Positions 10,993 through 19,759 of a stretch of DNA of 24,000 nucleotides are shown in pieces. Origin of the DNA: Athalassotoga saccharophila (GTDB lineage: Bacteria > Thermotogota > Thermotogae > Mesoaciditogales > Mesoaciditogaceae); the NCBI RefSeq assembly GCF_009936215.1, contig NZ_AP019551.1:930708-954707 (forward strand). Direction: 5' to 3'. The first letter of the stretch is position 1. Every line of letters starts with the position of its first letter. The translations under genes were made by a program, and so were the position numbers. The notes under the pieces were generated by a model that searched no databases, was not told the DNA's origin, and saw nothing but the letters and a program-made list of their open reading frames with translations.

Positions 10993-11331
10993 TTAGAAAT
11001 TTATGTCTACAATATGAATATTGACCTCCGTTGGATTCATCCCAACGTAGAATTTCAAATTGTAAATTATCGCATCCTGAAGGTTCTTACCAACCTGCAT
11101 GACATTTATACCGTATTCGGCTATGACGTAGACGTCTACTTTGACATTTTTACCATCATCGATCAATTTTATTCCTCTGTCCGTTTCGCTAAACAGGGAG
11201 GCAAACTGGGACATCAAAGACGCATTGGAAAGATCTACAATCCCATAACTGTTGATTATCGCCTCGCGTATCAGTTGCTTTATCGCTTGAGAAGATACCT
11301 CGATTTCCCCGTATTTTGTAGAAAATTTCAT
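10993..11331 (-). CDS. Asp23/Gls24 family envelope-associated protein (YloU-like)
   Basis: MKFSTKYGEIEVSSQAIKQLIREAIINSYGIVDLS...; adjacent to a YloV/FakA homolog. ATG 11331 has SD AGGAGG 6 nt upstream; the track start at 11451 would overlap the dxs C-terminus by ~120 nt and is unlikely. Confidence 0.8.
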   Translation of the reverse strand: MKFSTKYGEIEVSSQAIKQLIREAIINSYGIVDLSNASLMSQFASLFSETDRGIKLIDDGKNVKVDVYVIAEYGINVMQVGKNLQDAIIYNLKFYVGMNPTEVNIHIVDINF

Positions 11332-11332
11332 T

Positions 11333-13210
11333 TCATCCCTCCTGAACTTTGATTTGAAATTCTGCGAGTATTCTGGCTGCCAATTTTTCGGCCGAAAGCC
11401 CGCATAAATCGATAAGTTCTGTTCTTGTACCGTGTCCAACAAAATTGTCATCTATTCCAATTACCTCGATTTTCGATCTCAAAAATGGTGCTTTTAGCAT
11501 TACGGAAGTGCCAAAACCACCCATAACAGATCCCTCTTCTAAAGTCCATACCCTTGGAGTCGATCTTATCTCTTCAAGGGCATACATATCAAGAGGTTTT
11601 ACACTTCTGCAATTGTAAAGTCCAAGATTTACACCGTGCAAAGCAGCCTTTTCGACGATTTCAACTCCGACTTTGACCATCGATCCAACTGCGAGTATTG
11701 TCCCATCACTTCCTTCTTTTATTCTTTCCCACCTAAATGGATCCTCGAGTGGCTTCGCGTAGATTATATCATCTATGGAGGCAATTTCGGTTGCGCGCGG
11801 ATACCTTAAGGCAACTGGCCCATGAACCCTGCCGACAATGGCTTTAAGGATTGATGAAAGTTCTTCGAGGGAGGAAGGGGCCAAGATTTTCATATTTGGA
11901 ATTAAATTCATGTAAGATATGTCAAAGACGCCATGGTGTGTTGGCCCATCCTGACCTACTAAACCTGCCCTATCTATCGCAAAGATCACATCGAGATCCT
12001 GCAATGCAACGTCGTGAATTATCTGATCGAAGGCCCTTTGAAGGAAGGTCGAATATATTGCCACGACAGGCTTTAGACCTCTTAATGAGATGCCTGCCGC
12101 AAAAGTTGTACAAAGTTCTTCAGTTATTCCGAGATCGAAAAATCTGTCCTGATGATTCGACCTAAAGAATGTGAGACCCGTTCCATCTTCCATCGCGGCA
12201 GTTATTCCTATTATTCTGTCATCCTCGTCTGCCATCTTGGAAAGCACTCTTCCGAAGACTTCACTGTAGGAGTACCATCCCTTCTTTATATCGATCGAAA
12301 GTCCATTTGAAGGATTTATCATCGAAACGCTGTGAAATTTTCTTGGATTGTCTTCGGCGTATTTTATTCCCTTTCCTTTTTGAGTTAGAATGTGAACAAC
12401 TGCAGGACCTTCGACGGCCTTCAAACTTTCAAAGGTCTTTTTCATAGTTTTTATATCGTGACCATTTATCGGCCCCATGTATTTCAGACCAAAATCTTCA
12501 AAGAAGTTATCCGGCAAAAGCAACTTCTTTAGCGCGCCTTTTACCTTATCGTTGAATGATTTGAGAATGGTTTCTTTGAAAATTTCGTACACTTTTGCAT
12601 CGAACTTTCTGTAGGCTTTCGTCGTACGCATCTTGTTCAATATTATCTGAGATATCTGACCAACGCTTGGAGAAATGCTCATGCCATTGTCATTCAATAT
12701 TATCTTTATCTTCGAAGAAACCGTCTTTATCTGATTTAACGCCTCAAGGGCTATGCCCGATGTCATGGCTCCATCTCCGATTATCGCTATCACCTGATTT
12801 TTGTTCCCATTTATTCTCTCGGCAACTTCGATCCCGAGACCTGCGGCTATTGAGGTGGCGGCATGTCCCACACCAAAATAATCGTATTTTGATTCTTTTA
12901 TGGATGGGTAGCCGCTTATTCCTCCGAATTTCCTTATCGATGGCAGAGTTTTTGCCCTGCCGGTAAGTATTTTGTGCGTGTAGGCCTGGTGACCGGTGTC
13001 CCAGATTATTATGTTTTTATCTGGCGGGAAGACGCTGTAGAGCGCAAGTGTCAATTCCACAGTGCCAAGGTTGGGGGCAAGATGACCATCTCCGGAAGAA
13101 ACGACTTCGACTATGTAATTTCTTATATTTTCGGCAAGATCGTACATTTCATCTACACTCATTTTGTCGAGTTTTTCAAAAAGCGGTTCATCATCCCATT
13201 CAATTTTCAT
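11333..13210 (-). CDS. dxs: 1-deoxy-D-xylulose-5-phosphate synthase
   Basis: 625 aa; GDGHLAPNLGTVELTLAL, WDTGHQAYTHKILTGR, IGDGAMTSGIALEALN, DRAGLVGQDGPTHHGVFDISY. Confidence 0.93.
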   Translation of the reverse strand: MKIEWDDEPLFEKLDKMSVDEMYDLAENIRNYIVEVVSSGDGHLAPNLGTVELTLALYSVFPPDKNIIIWDTGHQAYTHKILTGRAKTLPSIRKFGGISGYPSIKESKYDYFGVGHAATSIAAGLGIEVAERINGNKNQVIAIIGDGAMTSGIALEALNQIKTVSSKIKIILNDNGMSISPSVGQISQIILNKMRTTKAYRKFDAKVYEIFKETILKSFNDKVKGALKKLLLPDNFFEDFGLKYMGPINGHDIKTMKKTFESLKAVEGPAVVHILTQKGKGIKYAEDNPRKFHSVSMINPSNGLSIDIKKGWYSYSEVFGRVLSKMADEDDRIIGITAAMEDGTGLTFFRSNHQDRFFDLGITEELCTTFAAGISLRGLKPVVAIYSTFLQRAFDQIIHDVALQDLDVIFAIDRAGLVGQDGPTHHGVFDISYMNLIPNMKILAPSSLEELSSILKAIVGRVHGPVALRYPRATEIASIDDIIYAKPLEDPFRWERIKEGSDGTILAVGSMVKVGVEIVEKAALHGVNLGLYNCRSVKPLDMYALEEIRSTPRVWTLEEGSVMGGFGTSVMLKAPFLRSKIEVIGIDDNFVGHGTRTELIDLCGLSAEKLAARILAEFQIKVQEG

Positions 13211-13430
13211 CGTTCTTCATCTCCCTTTCGAGTTCTCCGAGAACTTCTTTCACAGAAAGCGAGGCCGAGTCTATTAGAAATTTACATCTTTTGTAAAGCG
13301 CAACACCTTCCTTGAATAATTTTATCGATTCTTCAAGGGTTATTTGAGGATCTTCCATCTTTTTTAAAACCTCTTCGAGTCTGTTATAGGCCTCTTCAAA
13401 AGATAACTCTTCTATCTTCTCATTTTCCAT
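13200..13430 (-). CDS. xseB: exodeoxyribonuclease VII small subunit
   Basis: 76 aa; LSFEEAYNRLEEVLKKMEDPQITLEESIKLFKEGVALYKRC; lies between xseA and dxs with 11-nt overlaps on each side. Confidence 0.93.
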   Translation of the reverse strand: MENEKIEELSFEEAYNRLEEVLKKMEDPQITLEESIKLFKEGVALYKRCKFLIDSASLSVKEVLGELEREMKNDEN

Positions 13431-14754
13431 TTTTGTCTATCTCCAATACCTCAGATAATATTTTACCATCGAAAAGTTCCAATTTTATTTTATCCTCTTT
13501 TCTCAATTCTTCGACAGATTTTACGTGATGATCGCCCTTTGAAATGATCGCGTATCCACGCTTAAGAGGCTCATAAGGATCGTGAATGCTCAAAGACAAA
13601 AAGGCTTTTTCTACGATGGAACTTTTAGAAGACATACTGTTAACAGTTATACGTTTTAAAGTGTCCATTTTCGTGTAAAGTCTTTCTGGTATTATCTCCG
13701 TTGTCCTTACCACCTTTGAATGAGCCAAAGCATCTCCGACTCTCAAGAAGATCGATCGTTTCTCTTTTAGAATATTCTCAAGAGCCCGTTTAACCTTTAA
13801 AAAGGCTTCATCTACTTTCTCCCCCTTTAGAGTTGTTTGATTAACGGGAGAAAGAAAATCAAGTCTTTTTTTAAGATTCATAAGATGGTAAGTCTTCTGA
13901 TCAAGATCCTGATCGAACTTTTTCACGATGTTAGAGAAGATCACGTTCATATGTTTTGTTAATTCTTGAAGATCTGGCGTGGCATATTCGGCCGCCCCCG
14001 TTGGTGTCGGCGCTCTTTTGTCTGCAACGTAATCGACAAGTGTTGTGTCTATTTCATGACCAACTCCAGTTATAACGGGTTTTTTCATCCCGTATATCTT
14101 TTTGACGACGCTTTCTTCGTTAAAGTTCCAGAGATCTTCGATACTTCCACCACCTCTTACAAGCAAAACAACGTCTGCATCCGATCTATCGGCAGCATCG
14201 AGAGCTTTAACTATTTCCAAAAAAGCATCCTTTCCCTGAACGGAGGTGTGAAATAACAATATTGTTGCAAGGGGATATCTTTTGTTTATAGTCTTGACAA
14301 CATCGTGAAATGCCGCAGAGGTTTTCGATGACACTACCGCTATACGTTTTGGAAAGGATGGAATGGGTTTTTTTGGTTTATCGAATATGCCCTCCCTTTT
14401 CAATTTCAACTTCAATTCTTCTAATTTTCTGTAAAGTTCGCCATAATCCATGCCTTCTTGGATGTCTTCGGCATAGAACTGGTACGTCCCTCTTTTTGCG
14501 TATATTCTGACAGACCCTGTAGCCTTTACCACGGTGCCTTCCTTTATTTCATGAGGATGTCTGTAAATCGCGTTGAACATGACACAATTCAAAAGATAAT
14601 CCTCTTCTTTGAGCGAAAAATAAGCGTGGGGGCCAGAAAGTTTGAAGTTCGAAATTTCCCCACGCACAGTCACATTTTGTAAAGTTTCATCCTTTTCTAT
14701 TATTGAGATAATCCTTTTGGTTATCTCGATAACACCCATTTCTAAGTCTTGCAT
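13420..14754 (-). CDS. xseA: exodeoxyribonuclease VII large subunit
   Basis: 444 aa; N-terminal OB fold (VTVRGEISNFKLSGPHAYFSLKEEDYLLNCVMF), RIAVVSSKTSAAFHD, VLLVRGGGSIEDLWNFNEE, PVITGVGHEIDTTLVDYVADKRAPTPTGAAEYATP. Confidence 0.95.
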   Translation of the reverse strand: MQDLEMGVIEITKRIISIIEKDETLQNVTVRGEISNFKLSGPHAYFSLKEEDYLLNCVMFNAIYRHPHEIKEGTVVKATGSVRIYAKRGTYQFYAEDIQEGMDYGELYRKLEELKLKLKREGIFDKPKKPIPSFPKRIAVVSSKTSAAFHDVVKTINKRYPLATILLFHTSVQGKDAFLEIVKALDAADRSDADVVLLVRGGGSIEDLWNFNEESVVKKIYGMKKPVITGVGHEIDTTLVDYVADKRAPTPTGAAEYATPDLQELTKHMNVIFSNIVKKFDQDLDQKTYHLMNLKKRLDFLSPVNQTTLKGEKVDEAFLKVKRALENILKEKRSIFLRVGDALAHSKVVRTTEIIPERLYTKMDTLKRITVNSMSSKSSIVEKAFLSLSIHDPYEPLKRGYAIISKGDHHVKSVEELRKEDKIKLELFDGKILSEVLEIDKNGK

Positions 14755-15569
14755 ATCAACTCCGTGGCATTGACTACATTTCTCATAAGTATGGCCGATG
14801 TCACATTTCCCACACCACCGGGCACCTTTGAAACTGACACTTTTTGTGAAACCGAATCAAAATCAACGTCTCCGACTACCTTCCCATTCACGACATTTAT
14901 CCCAACGTCTATAACCGTTGAGCCTTCGCTAAACCATTTTTCATCGAACATCTTCGGTTTTCCAACTGCGGTAACGGCTATATCTGCCTCTCTAACCCTC
15001 TTGATCAGATCAACTGTCTTTGAATGACAGATGGTCACAGTCGCATCTTCGGCGATCAAAAGCAAAGAGAGCGGCTTCCCAACCGTTGTGCTCCTTCCAA
15101 CGATTGTAACATTCTTTCCGGCAAGAGGTACATGGTAGTATTTGAGCATTTCAACGACAGCCTCGGCCGTACATGGAGCAAAGTAGGCCTTCCCCATAAC
15201 CAGCATGCCGAGATTCTGCGGTGTCCTTCCCTCGACATCTTTTATAGGATCTATTGAAGAGAGGACCTTGAACTCTTCTATTTGGGACGGTACCGGATGC
15301 ATAAGCATTATTCCATGGACTTTTTTGTCAGAGTTAAGTTCTCTTATCTTCTCAAAGATGTTCTTTTCATTCACCTCAACTTCGGCATAATCTATTCCAA
15401 ATGCCAGACAGTTTTTCTTTATCGAATTGAGGTAAACTCTCGTTGACTTGTCATCGGAAGAGACCACACATCTCAATGCGGGAAATACGCCCGATGATTT
15501 TAAATTTTGAACTCTTTGTGCAACTGACTTTTTTATGTTTTCGGCAATCTCTATTCCATCGAAGATCAT
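14742..15569 (-). CDS. folD: bifunctional methylenetetrahydrofolate dehydrogenase / methenyltetrahydrofolate cyclohydrolase
   Basis: 275 aa; KDVEGRTPQNLG, FAPCTAEAVVEMLKYY, GKNVTIVGRSTTVGKPLSLLL, VIDVGINVVNGKVVGDVDF, VPGGVGNVTSAIL. SD AAGGTG upstream. Confidence 0.93.
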   Translation of the reverse strand: MIFDGIEIAENIKKSVAQRVQNLKSSGVFPALRCVVSSDDKSTRVYLNSIKKNCLAFGIDYAEVEVNEKNIFEKIRELNSDKKVHGIMLMHPVPSQIEEFKVLSSIDPIKDVEGRTPQNLGMLVMGKAYFAPCTAEAVVEMLKYYHVPLAGKNVTIVGRSTTVGKPLSLLLIAEDATVTICHSKTVDLIKRVREADIAVTAVGKPKMFDEKWFSEGSTVIDVGINVVNGKVVGDVDFDSVSQKVSVSKVPGGVGNVTSAILMRNVVNATELICKT

Positions 15570-15578
15570 TTCTACACC

Positions 15579-17234
15579 TTAAAATAGTCCGGTGATATTT
15601 CCATCTTCATCAACATCGATGTTTATCGCGGCTGGCTCTTTCGGAAGACCCGGCATCGTCATTATCTCTCCGGATATTGGAACTATGAATCCAGCACCCG
15701 CTGAAAGTTTTACCTCACGTATCGTGAAGGTATATCCAGAAGGGGCGCCTATGACCTTTGGATCGTCAGAAAGAGAAGATTGTGTCTTTGCCATTATAAT
15801 TGGAAGGTGTCCGTACCCCGTCTTTTCAATCTTCTTTATATCGCTAAGTGCATCTGCGGAATATTCTACCCTACCGGCGCGGTATATCTCGCGCGCAAGA
15901 GTTTCTATCTTTTCCTTGACGGGCAGATTCCAGTCGTATAACCTGTGAAAATCATTTTTATCCTTTTCTATCGATTCGATGACTGTTTTGGCTAACAATT
16001 CTGTCCCTTCTCCGCCCTTTTCAAATCCTTCGCTAAGTGCAAACCTTACTCCCATCTTTTTAACCTCTTCTTCTACGGTTTTTATCTCGGTAGAAGAATC
16101 TGTTGGGAATTTGTTTATGGCAACGACTACGGGAAGACCGAATTTTTTGATATTCTCGATATGTACCTTTAAATTTTCCATACCCTTTCTGAGTGCTTCT
16201 AAATTCTCATTTTTAAGGTTTTTCTTGTCCTCCCCGCCATGCATCTTCAAAGCCCTAACGCTTGCAACAAGAACCACTGTGTCCGGTTTGAGATCTGCAT
16301 ACTTTGAAACAACATCGAAGAACTTTTCTGCTCCAAGATCTGCGGCAAAGCCTGTCTCGGTTATGACGTAATCCGCAAGTTTAAGGGCAAGTTTTGTGGC
16401 TATTATGGAATTGGTTCCGTGTGCGATATTGGCAAAAGGTCCGCCGTGCACTATGACAGGTGTATTTTCTGTCGTCTGTACCAAATTTGGATTTAGGGCA
16501 TCCTTTAAAAGTGCCGTCATCGCACCCTGAGCATGGAGATCTCCGGCCGTAACGTACTTTCCATCTACAGTCTCACCAATTATTATTTTGGAAAGCCTTT
16601 CTTTGAGATCATTCACATTTTCCGCAAGGCAAAGTATTGCCATTACCTCTGATGCTGCCGTTATAACGTATCCCGTCTCTCGTGGGAAACCGTTCGAAGA
16701 TCCTCCAAGTGCTACAACAACGTTTCTCAGCGCTCTGTCATTCATGTCTATCGTTCTTGGCCATCTGACTTTTCTCACGTCTATGTTAAGTTCATTTCCA
16801 TTGTGTATGTGGGCATCGATCATGGCGGCAAGCAGGTTGTGGGCCGCGCTTACGGCATGAATATCGCCGGTGAAGTGGAGATTTATCTCTTCCATGGGAA
16901 GAACTTGGGCCTTTCCACCACCGGTTGCGCCACCCTTTACACCAAAAACAGGACCAAGGGATGGTTCTCTCAAAGTCACAATGGCCTTTTTCCCGATCCT
17001 GTTAAGGCCGAGAGAAAGGCCTATGCTTGTTGTAGTCTTTCCTTCCCCTGCAGGCGTTGGCGTTATGGCCGTAACTATTATGAGTTTACCGTTTTTTTTG
17101 CTTTCGAAGTCCTTGATCAGTTGGTGAGGTATCTTTGCCATGTACTTTCCGTATGGTATTAATTGATCAGGCTCGATGCCTATCATTTTGCCTATCTCTG
17201 TTATTGGCTTCATCGTGTTCATTTTCGCATTCAT
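15579..17234 (-). CDS. fhs: possible independently initiated formate-tetrahydrofolate ligase (551 aa) within the merged ORF
   Basis: In-frame ATG at 17234 ([19 protein letters not shown]...) preceded by GAGGAGG (17243-17249) with an 8-nt spacer; predicted product has the normal full length for Fhs. Confidence 0.6.
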   Translation of the reverse strand: MNAKMNTMKPITEIGKMIGIEPDQLIPYGKYMAKIPHQLIKDFESKKNGKLIIVTAITPTPAGEGKTTTSIGLSLGLNRIGKKAIVTLREPSLGPVFGVKGGATGGGKAQVLPMEEINLHFTGDIHAVSAAHNLLAAMIDAHIHNGNELNIDVRKVRWPRTIDMNDRALRNVVVALGGSSNGFPRETGYVITAASEVMAILCLAENVNDLKERLSKIIIGETVDGKYVTAGDLHAQGAMTALLKDALNPNLVQTTENTPVIVHGGPFANIAHGTNSIIATKLALKLADYVITETGFAADLGAEKFFDVVSKYADLKPDTVVLVASVRALKMHGGEDKKNLKNENLEALRKGMENLKVHIENIKKFGLPVVVAINKFPTDSSTEIKTVEEEVKKMGVRFALSEGFEKGGEGTELLAKTVIESIEKDKNDFHRLYDWNLPVKEKIETLAREIYRAGRVEYSADALSDIKKIEKTGYGHLPIIMAKTQSSLSDDPKVIGAPSGYTFTIREVKLSAGAGFIVPISGEIMTMPGLPKEPAAINIDVDEDGNITGLF

Positions 17235-17702
17235 TTTTTCTTCCTCCTCTTTTTTTAAATTTTTCTTCATAAGGGAAATCTTTTCTTTGTTTGCAAGTTC
17301 TTTGGCTATTCTATCCAAAACGCCATTTATGAATTTTCTGTCCCCATCTGTCCCAAATTTTTTTGCAATTTCAACTGCCTCATCTATTGAAACTTCTATC
17401 GGTATACTGTCTTCAAAGAGCAATTCGTAGACACCGAGCCTTAGTATGTCCTTGGAAACAAGAGGCAACCTCTCAAGTGTCCATCCAACGATGTAATTTT
17501 TTATCGTTTTATCTATTTCATTTTTTTTGGAAATTATATTAAAAGCCAGCCGTTCCACTTCTTTTTCATAAACACCATCTATCTCCTCCATCTCGCAAAC
17601 ATTTCTAACAGCTTCGGATGGAAGAAGATCCTGAAATTCCATCTGATATATAGATTTAAAGGCCAGTTCTCTTAAAAGCCTTCTATGATGTTTTTCACTC
17701 AC
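15579..17702 (-). CDS. NusB antitermination factor and formate-tetrahydrofolate ligase in one uninterrupted 707-aa ORF (NusB ~aa 1-156, Fhs ~aa 157-707)
   Basis: N-terminal part [20 protein letters not shown]...[17 protein letters not shown]...[30 protein letters not shown] is NusB. C-terminal part [13 protein letters not shown]...[20 protein letters not shown]...[27 protein letters not shown] is Fhs. Start is GTG 17702. No in-frame stop separates them. Confidence 0.93.
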   Translation of the reverse strand: MSEKHHRRLLRELAFKSIYQMEFQDLLPSEAVRNVCEMEEIDGVYEKEVERLAFNIISKKNEIDKTIKNYIVGWTLERLPLVSKDILRLGVYELLFEDSIPIEVSIDEAVEIAKKFGTDGDRKFINGVLDRIAKELANKEKISLMKKNLKKEEEEKMNAKMNTMKPITEIGKMIGIEPDQLIPYGKYMAKIPHQLIKDFESKKNGKLIIVTAITPTPAGEGKTTTSIGLSLGLNRIGKKAIVTLREPSLGPVFGVKGGATGGGKAQVLPMEEINLHFTGDIHAVSAAHNLLAAMIDAHIHNGNELNIDVRKVRWPRTIDMNDRALRNVVVALGGSSNGFPRETGYVITAASEVMAILCLAENVNDLKERLSKIIIGETVDGKYVTAGDLHAQGAMTALLKDALNPNLVQTTENTPVIVHGGPFANIAHGTNSIIATKLALKLADYVITETGFAADLGAEKFFDVVSKYADLKPDTVVLVASVRALKMHGGEDKKNLKNENLEALRKGMENLKVHIENIKKFGLPVVVAINKFPTDSSTEIKTVEEEVKKMGVRFALSEGFEKGGEGTELLAKTVIESIEKDKNDFHRLYDWNLPVKEKIETLAREIYRAGRVEYSADALSDIKKIEKTGYGHLPIIMAKTQSSLSDDPKVIGAPSGYTFTIREVKLSAGAGFIVPISGEIMTMPGLPKEPAAINIDVDEDGNITGLF
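17243..17249 (-). promoter_or_regulatory. Shine-Dalgarno sequence inside the nusB::fhs ORF
   Basis: Minus-strand GAGGAGG, 8 nt upstream of the in-frame ATG at 17234. Confidence 0.7.
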
Positions 17703-17704
17703 TT

Positions 17705-18109
17705 TTACTGTTTATTGTCCTCTTTTCCTTCTGCTTCTTCATTTGTGTCCTTGCTCTTTAGACCTATTACATCCTCTACCAAAACGTTAACGCTTACAAC
17801 TTTAAGTCCCGTTATACTCTCGACCTCTTTTTTTATCGCTTGCTGAACCTGAGAGGTTACCTCGGGTATTTTTTCTCCATACTTTATTCTTACCTTTACA
17901 GATATTGCAACACTGTTATCGTCTGGTCTTTCTATCGTTACCTGTTTTCTGTAATATTTGTAATCTCTCGATTTTTGGGTGATCTCCTTTCCTTCTTGTT
18001 TTGCAAGTGTAAGAATTACAACGTTGCTTATAACCTGATCGGAGATCTCTATTTTTCCTCTATTTGGCTGATTCTGGTTAACCTGTTCACGCTCGCTCAA
18101 TGTACTCAC
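17705..18109 (-). CDS. Asp23/Gls24 family protein (YqhY-like)
   Basis: 134 aa; [22 protein letters not shown]...[51 protein letters not shown] start overlapping the efp end; sits between efp and nusB as yqhY does in Bacillus. Confidence 0.85.
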   Translation of the reverse strand: MSTLSEREQVNQNQPNRGKIEISDQVISNVVILTLAKQEGKEITQKSRDYKYYRKQVTIERPDDNSVAISVKVRIKYGEKIPEVTSQVQQAIKKEVESITGLKVVSVNVLVEDVIGLKSKDTNEEAEGKEDNKQ

Positions 18110-18647
18110 CCGTCCTTGTATCTACTTTTACCTTTTCTCCTTTGTTAACGAAGAAAGGTATGTTGATTCTCAATCCAGTCTCAAGAATGGCCGGCTTGCC
18201 ACTTCCTGCGACGGTATCTCCTTTAAAGCCCGGATCTGTTTCTACCACTTCGAGGACTACCGTTGTCGGTAAAAGCACACCTATGACCTTGTCATCGTGA
18301 AAAAGCAAATTCAGTTCCATATTCTCCTTCATGAACTTTATCTCTTCTTCCAAATCTCCAAGAGGAAGAGAATACTGATCGTAATTGTCATTAGTCATAA
18401 AATAGGCAAAATTATCGTCCTTGTACAGATACTGAGCGGCCCTCAGCGTAAGTGTTGCCTCCTCGACCTGATCTCCGCTTTTGAAAGTTTTATCCTGCAC
18501 AAGACCCGTAAGCACATCTTTTAGCCTTGTCCTAACAACCGCACTATGACCGCGCCCCATCTTATGCATTTCAAATTCCACGACGGTGTAAATCTTTCCA
18601 TCAATTATTATGTGCATTCCCTTTCTAAGATCTGTTACATCGATCAA
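18087..18647 (-). CDS. efp: elongation factor P
   Basis: IDVTDLRKGMHIIIDGKIYTVVEFEMHKMGRGHSAVVRTRLKDVLTGL...[34 protein letters not shown] at 18647 has SD GGAGG with an 8-nt spacer; the track start TTG at 18653 is only 2 nt from it. Confidence 0.93.
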   Translation of the reverse strand: MIDVTDLRKGMHIIIDGKIYTVVEFEMHKMGRGHSAVVRTRLKDVLTGLVQDKTFKSGDQVEEATLTLRAAQYLYKDDNFAYFMTNDNYDQYSLPLGDLEEEIKFMKENMELNLLFHDDKVIGVLLPTTVVLEVVETDPGFKGDTVAGSGKPAILETGLRINIPFFVNKGEKVKVDTRTGEYIERA

Positions 18648-18661
18648 AGGCAAAACCTCCC

Positions 18662-19723
18662 TTATATAACTGTAAAGGTCTTTTTGAAATTCGAGAGCAC
18701 CTCGTGCCCATTTTCTGTAAGCAAGACATCATCTTCTATTCTTATACCGAATTTCCCCGGAATGTAGACGCCGGGCTCAAATGTTATGACAACCCTGTCA
18801 TTTATTGGCTTATCATATCTTGTATTTAGGAATGGAGATTCGTGAACGTCCATTCCAAGGCCGTGGCCAAGGCCATGACCAAAGTAGGAATCCAATTTCT
18901 TTTCTTTGAGAAAGTTCCTTGCGTAAGAATCTATTTCTTTGCCGGGTATGCCGGCTTTCGATCTTTCTATTGCGGTAAGTTGTGCTTGTAAGACGGCATC
19001 GTATGCATCCTTTTCTTCCTGAGAGACTTTGCCCACGGCAAATGTTCTTGTCAAATCGCTACAGTACCCATCGACAAGCGATCCAAAATCAACGACTAAC
19101 ATTTCTCCACTCTCGATCTTTTTGTCAGAAGCAAGTCCATGGGGAAGAGCCCCTCTGTATCCGGAGGCCACTATCGTGTCAAAGGAAGGTTTAGACGCAC
19201 CATTTGTTTTCATCTCATATTCTAAAATGGCCGCGAATTCTTTCTCTGTCATGCCGATCCTGAACCTTTCAAGTGTTTTTGTAAGTGCATTTTCGGCGAC
19301 TTTTATCGCTTTCCTTATCTTTTCTACTTCTTCGTCATCCTTTACGGCACGAATGGCACTTACCTCTTCTTCGACGTCCTCTATCTTTACCTGATCTGAA
19401 AGTTCTTTGTACCAAGAGTAAAAAAATCTCGATCCTTCTATTCCAACGGTTTTACCCTTTAAAATCTCGATCGCTTTTTTCACAAGAGATGCATTTTCAA
19501 CCTTTACCATTTCAAAATTCGATTCTTCAGAAGCCTGCGTGTAAAATCTTGAATCAACGAGTAGGAATCTCTCTTTCTCTCCAACTATTACGCATCCTGT
19601 ATCTCCTGTAAATCCACTCAAATATCTTACCGTTGTATTAGATCCTTCCGAAGTTATCGACAAGAAATAGTCGACCTTTGATTTTACTCTTTGGTACAGT
19701 TCAGACGTTCTGTCTCTTTTCAA
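18662..19723 (-). CDS. M24B family metallopeptidase (Xaa-Pro aminopeptidase/dipeptidase)
   Basis: 353 aa; VVDFGSLVDGYCSDLTRTFAVG, GHGLGHGLGMDVHESP, VITFEPGVYIPGKFGIRIEDDVLLTENG metal-binding motifs. TTG start at 19723 with GGAGGG upstream. Confidence 0.9.
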   Translation of the reverse strand: MKRDRTSELYQRVKSKVDYFLSITSEGSNTTVRYLSGFTGDTGCVIVGEKERFLLVDSRFYTQASEESNFEMVKVENASLVKKAIEILKGKTVGIEGSRFFYSWYKELSDQVKIEDVEEEVSAIRAVKDDEEVEKIRKAIKVAENALTKTLERFRIGMTEKEFAAILEYEMKTNGASKPSFDTIVASGYRGALPHGLASDKKIESGEMLVVDFGSLVDGYCSDLTRTFAVGKVSQEEKDAYDAVLQAQLTAIERSKAGIPGKEIDSYARNFLKEKKLDSYFGHGLGHGLGMDVHESPFLNTRYDKPINDRVVITFEPGVYIPGKFGIRIEDDVLLTENGHEVLSNFKKTFTVI

Positions 19724-19745
19724 TTTGATCCCTCCGATCCTAAAA

Positions 19746-19754
19746 ATTATAACA
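19746..19754 (-). promoter_or_regulatory. candidate extended -10 promoter element upstream of the M24 peptidase-efp transcript
   Basis: Minus strand TGTTATAAT (TG-N-TATAAT) in the short gap between the ferredoxin stop (19760) and the peptidase start (19723). No good -35 seen. Confidence 0.4.
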
Positions 19755-19759
19755 TATAT

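Noticed and set aside
10698-11352. Plus-strand ORFs (62, 66 and 145 aa) opposite fakA/Asp23 region
   Set aside because: Overlap conserved coding sequence on the minus strand and look like shadow ORFs.
11332-11451. N-terminal extension of the Asp23 ORF (MTILLDTVQEQNLSIYAGFRPKNW...)
   Set aside because: It is an out-of-frame reading of the end of dxs; ATG 11331 has an ideal SD and fits the family start.
12595-13315. Plus-strand ORFs opposite dxs and xseB
   Set aside because: Antisense to conserved genes; low-complexity Ser/Leu-rich translations without domains.
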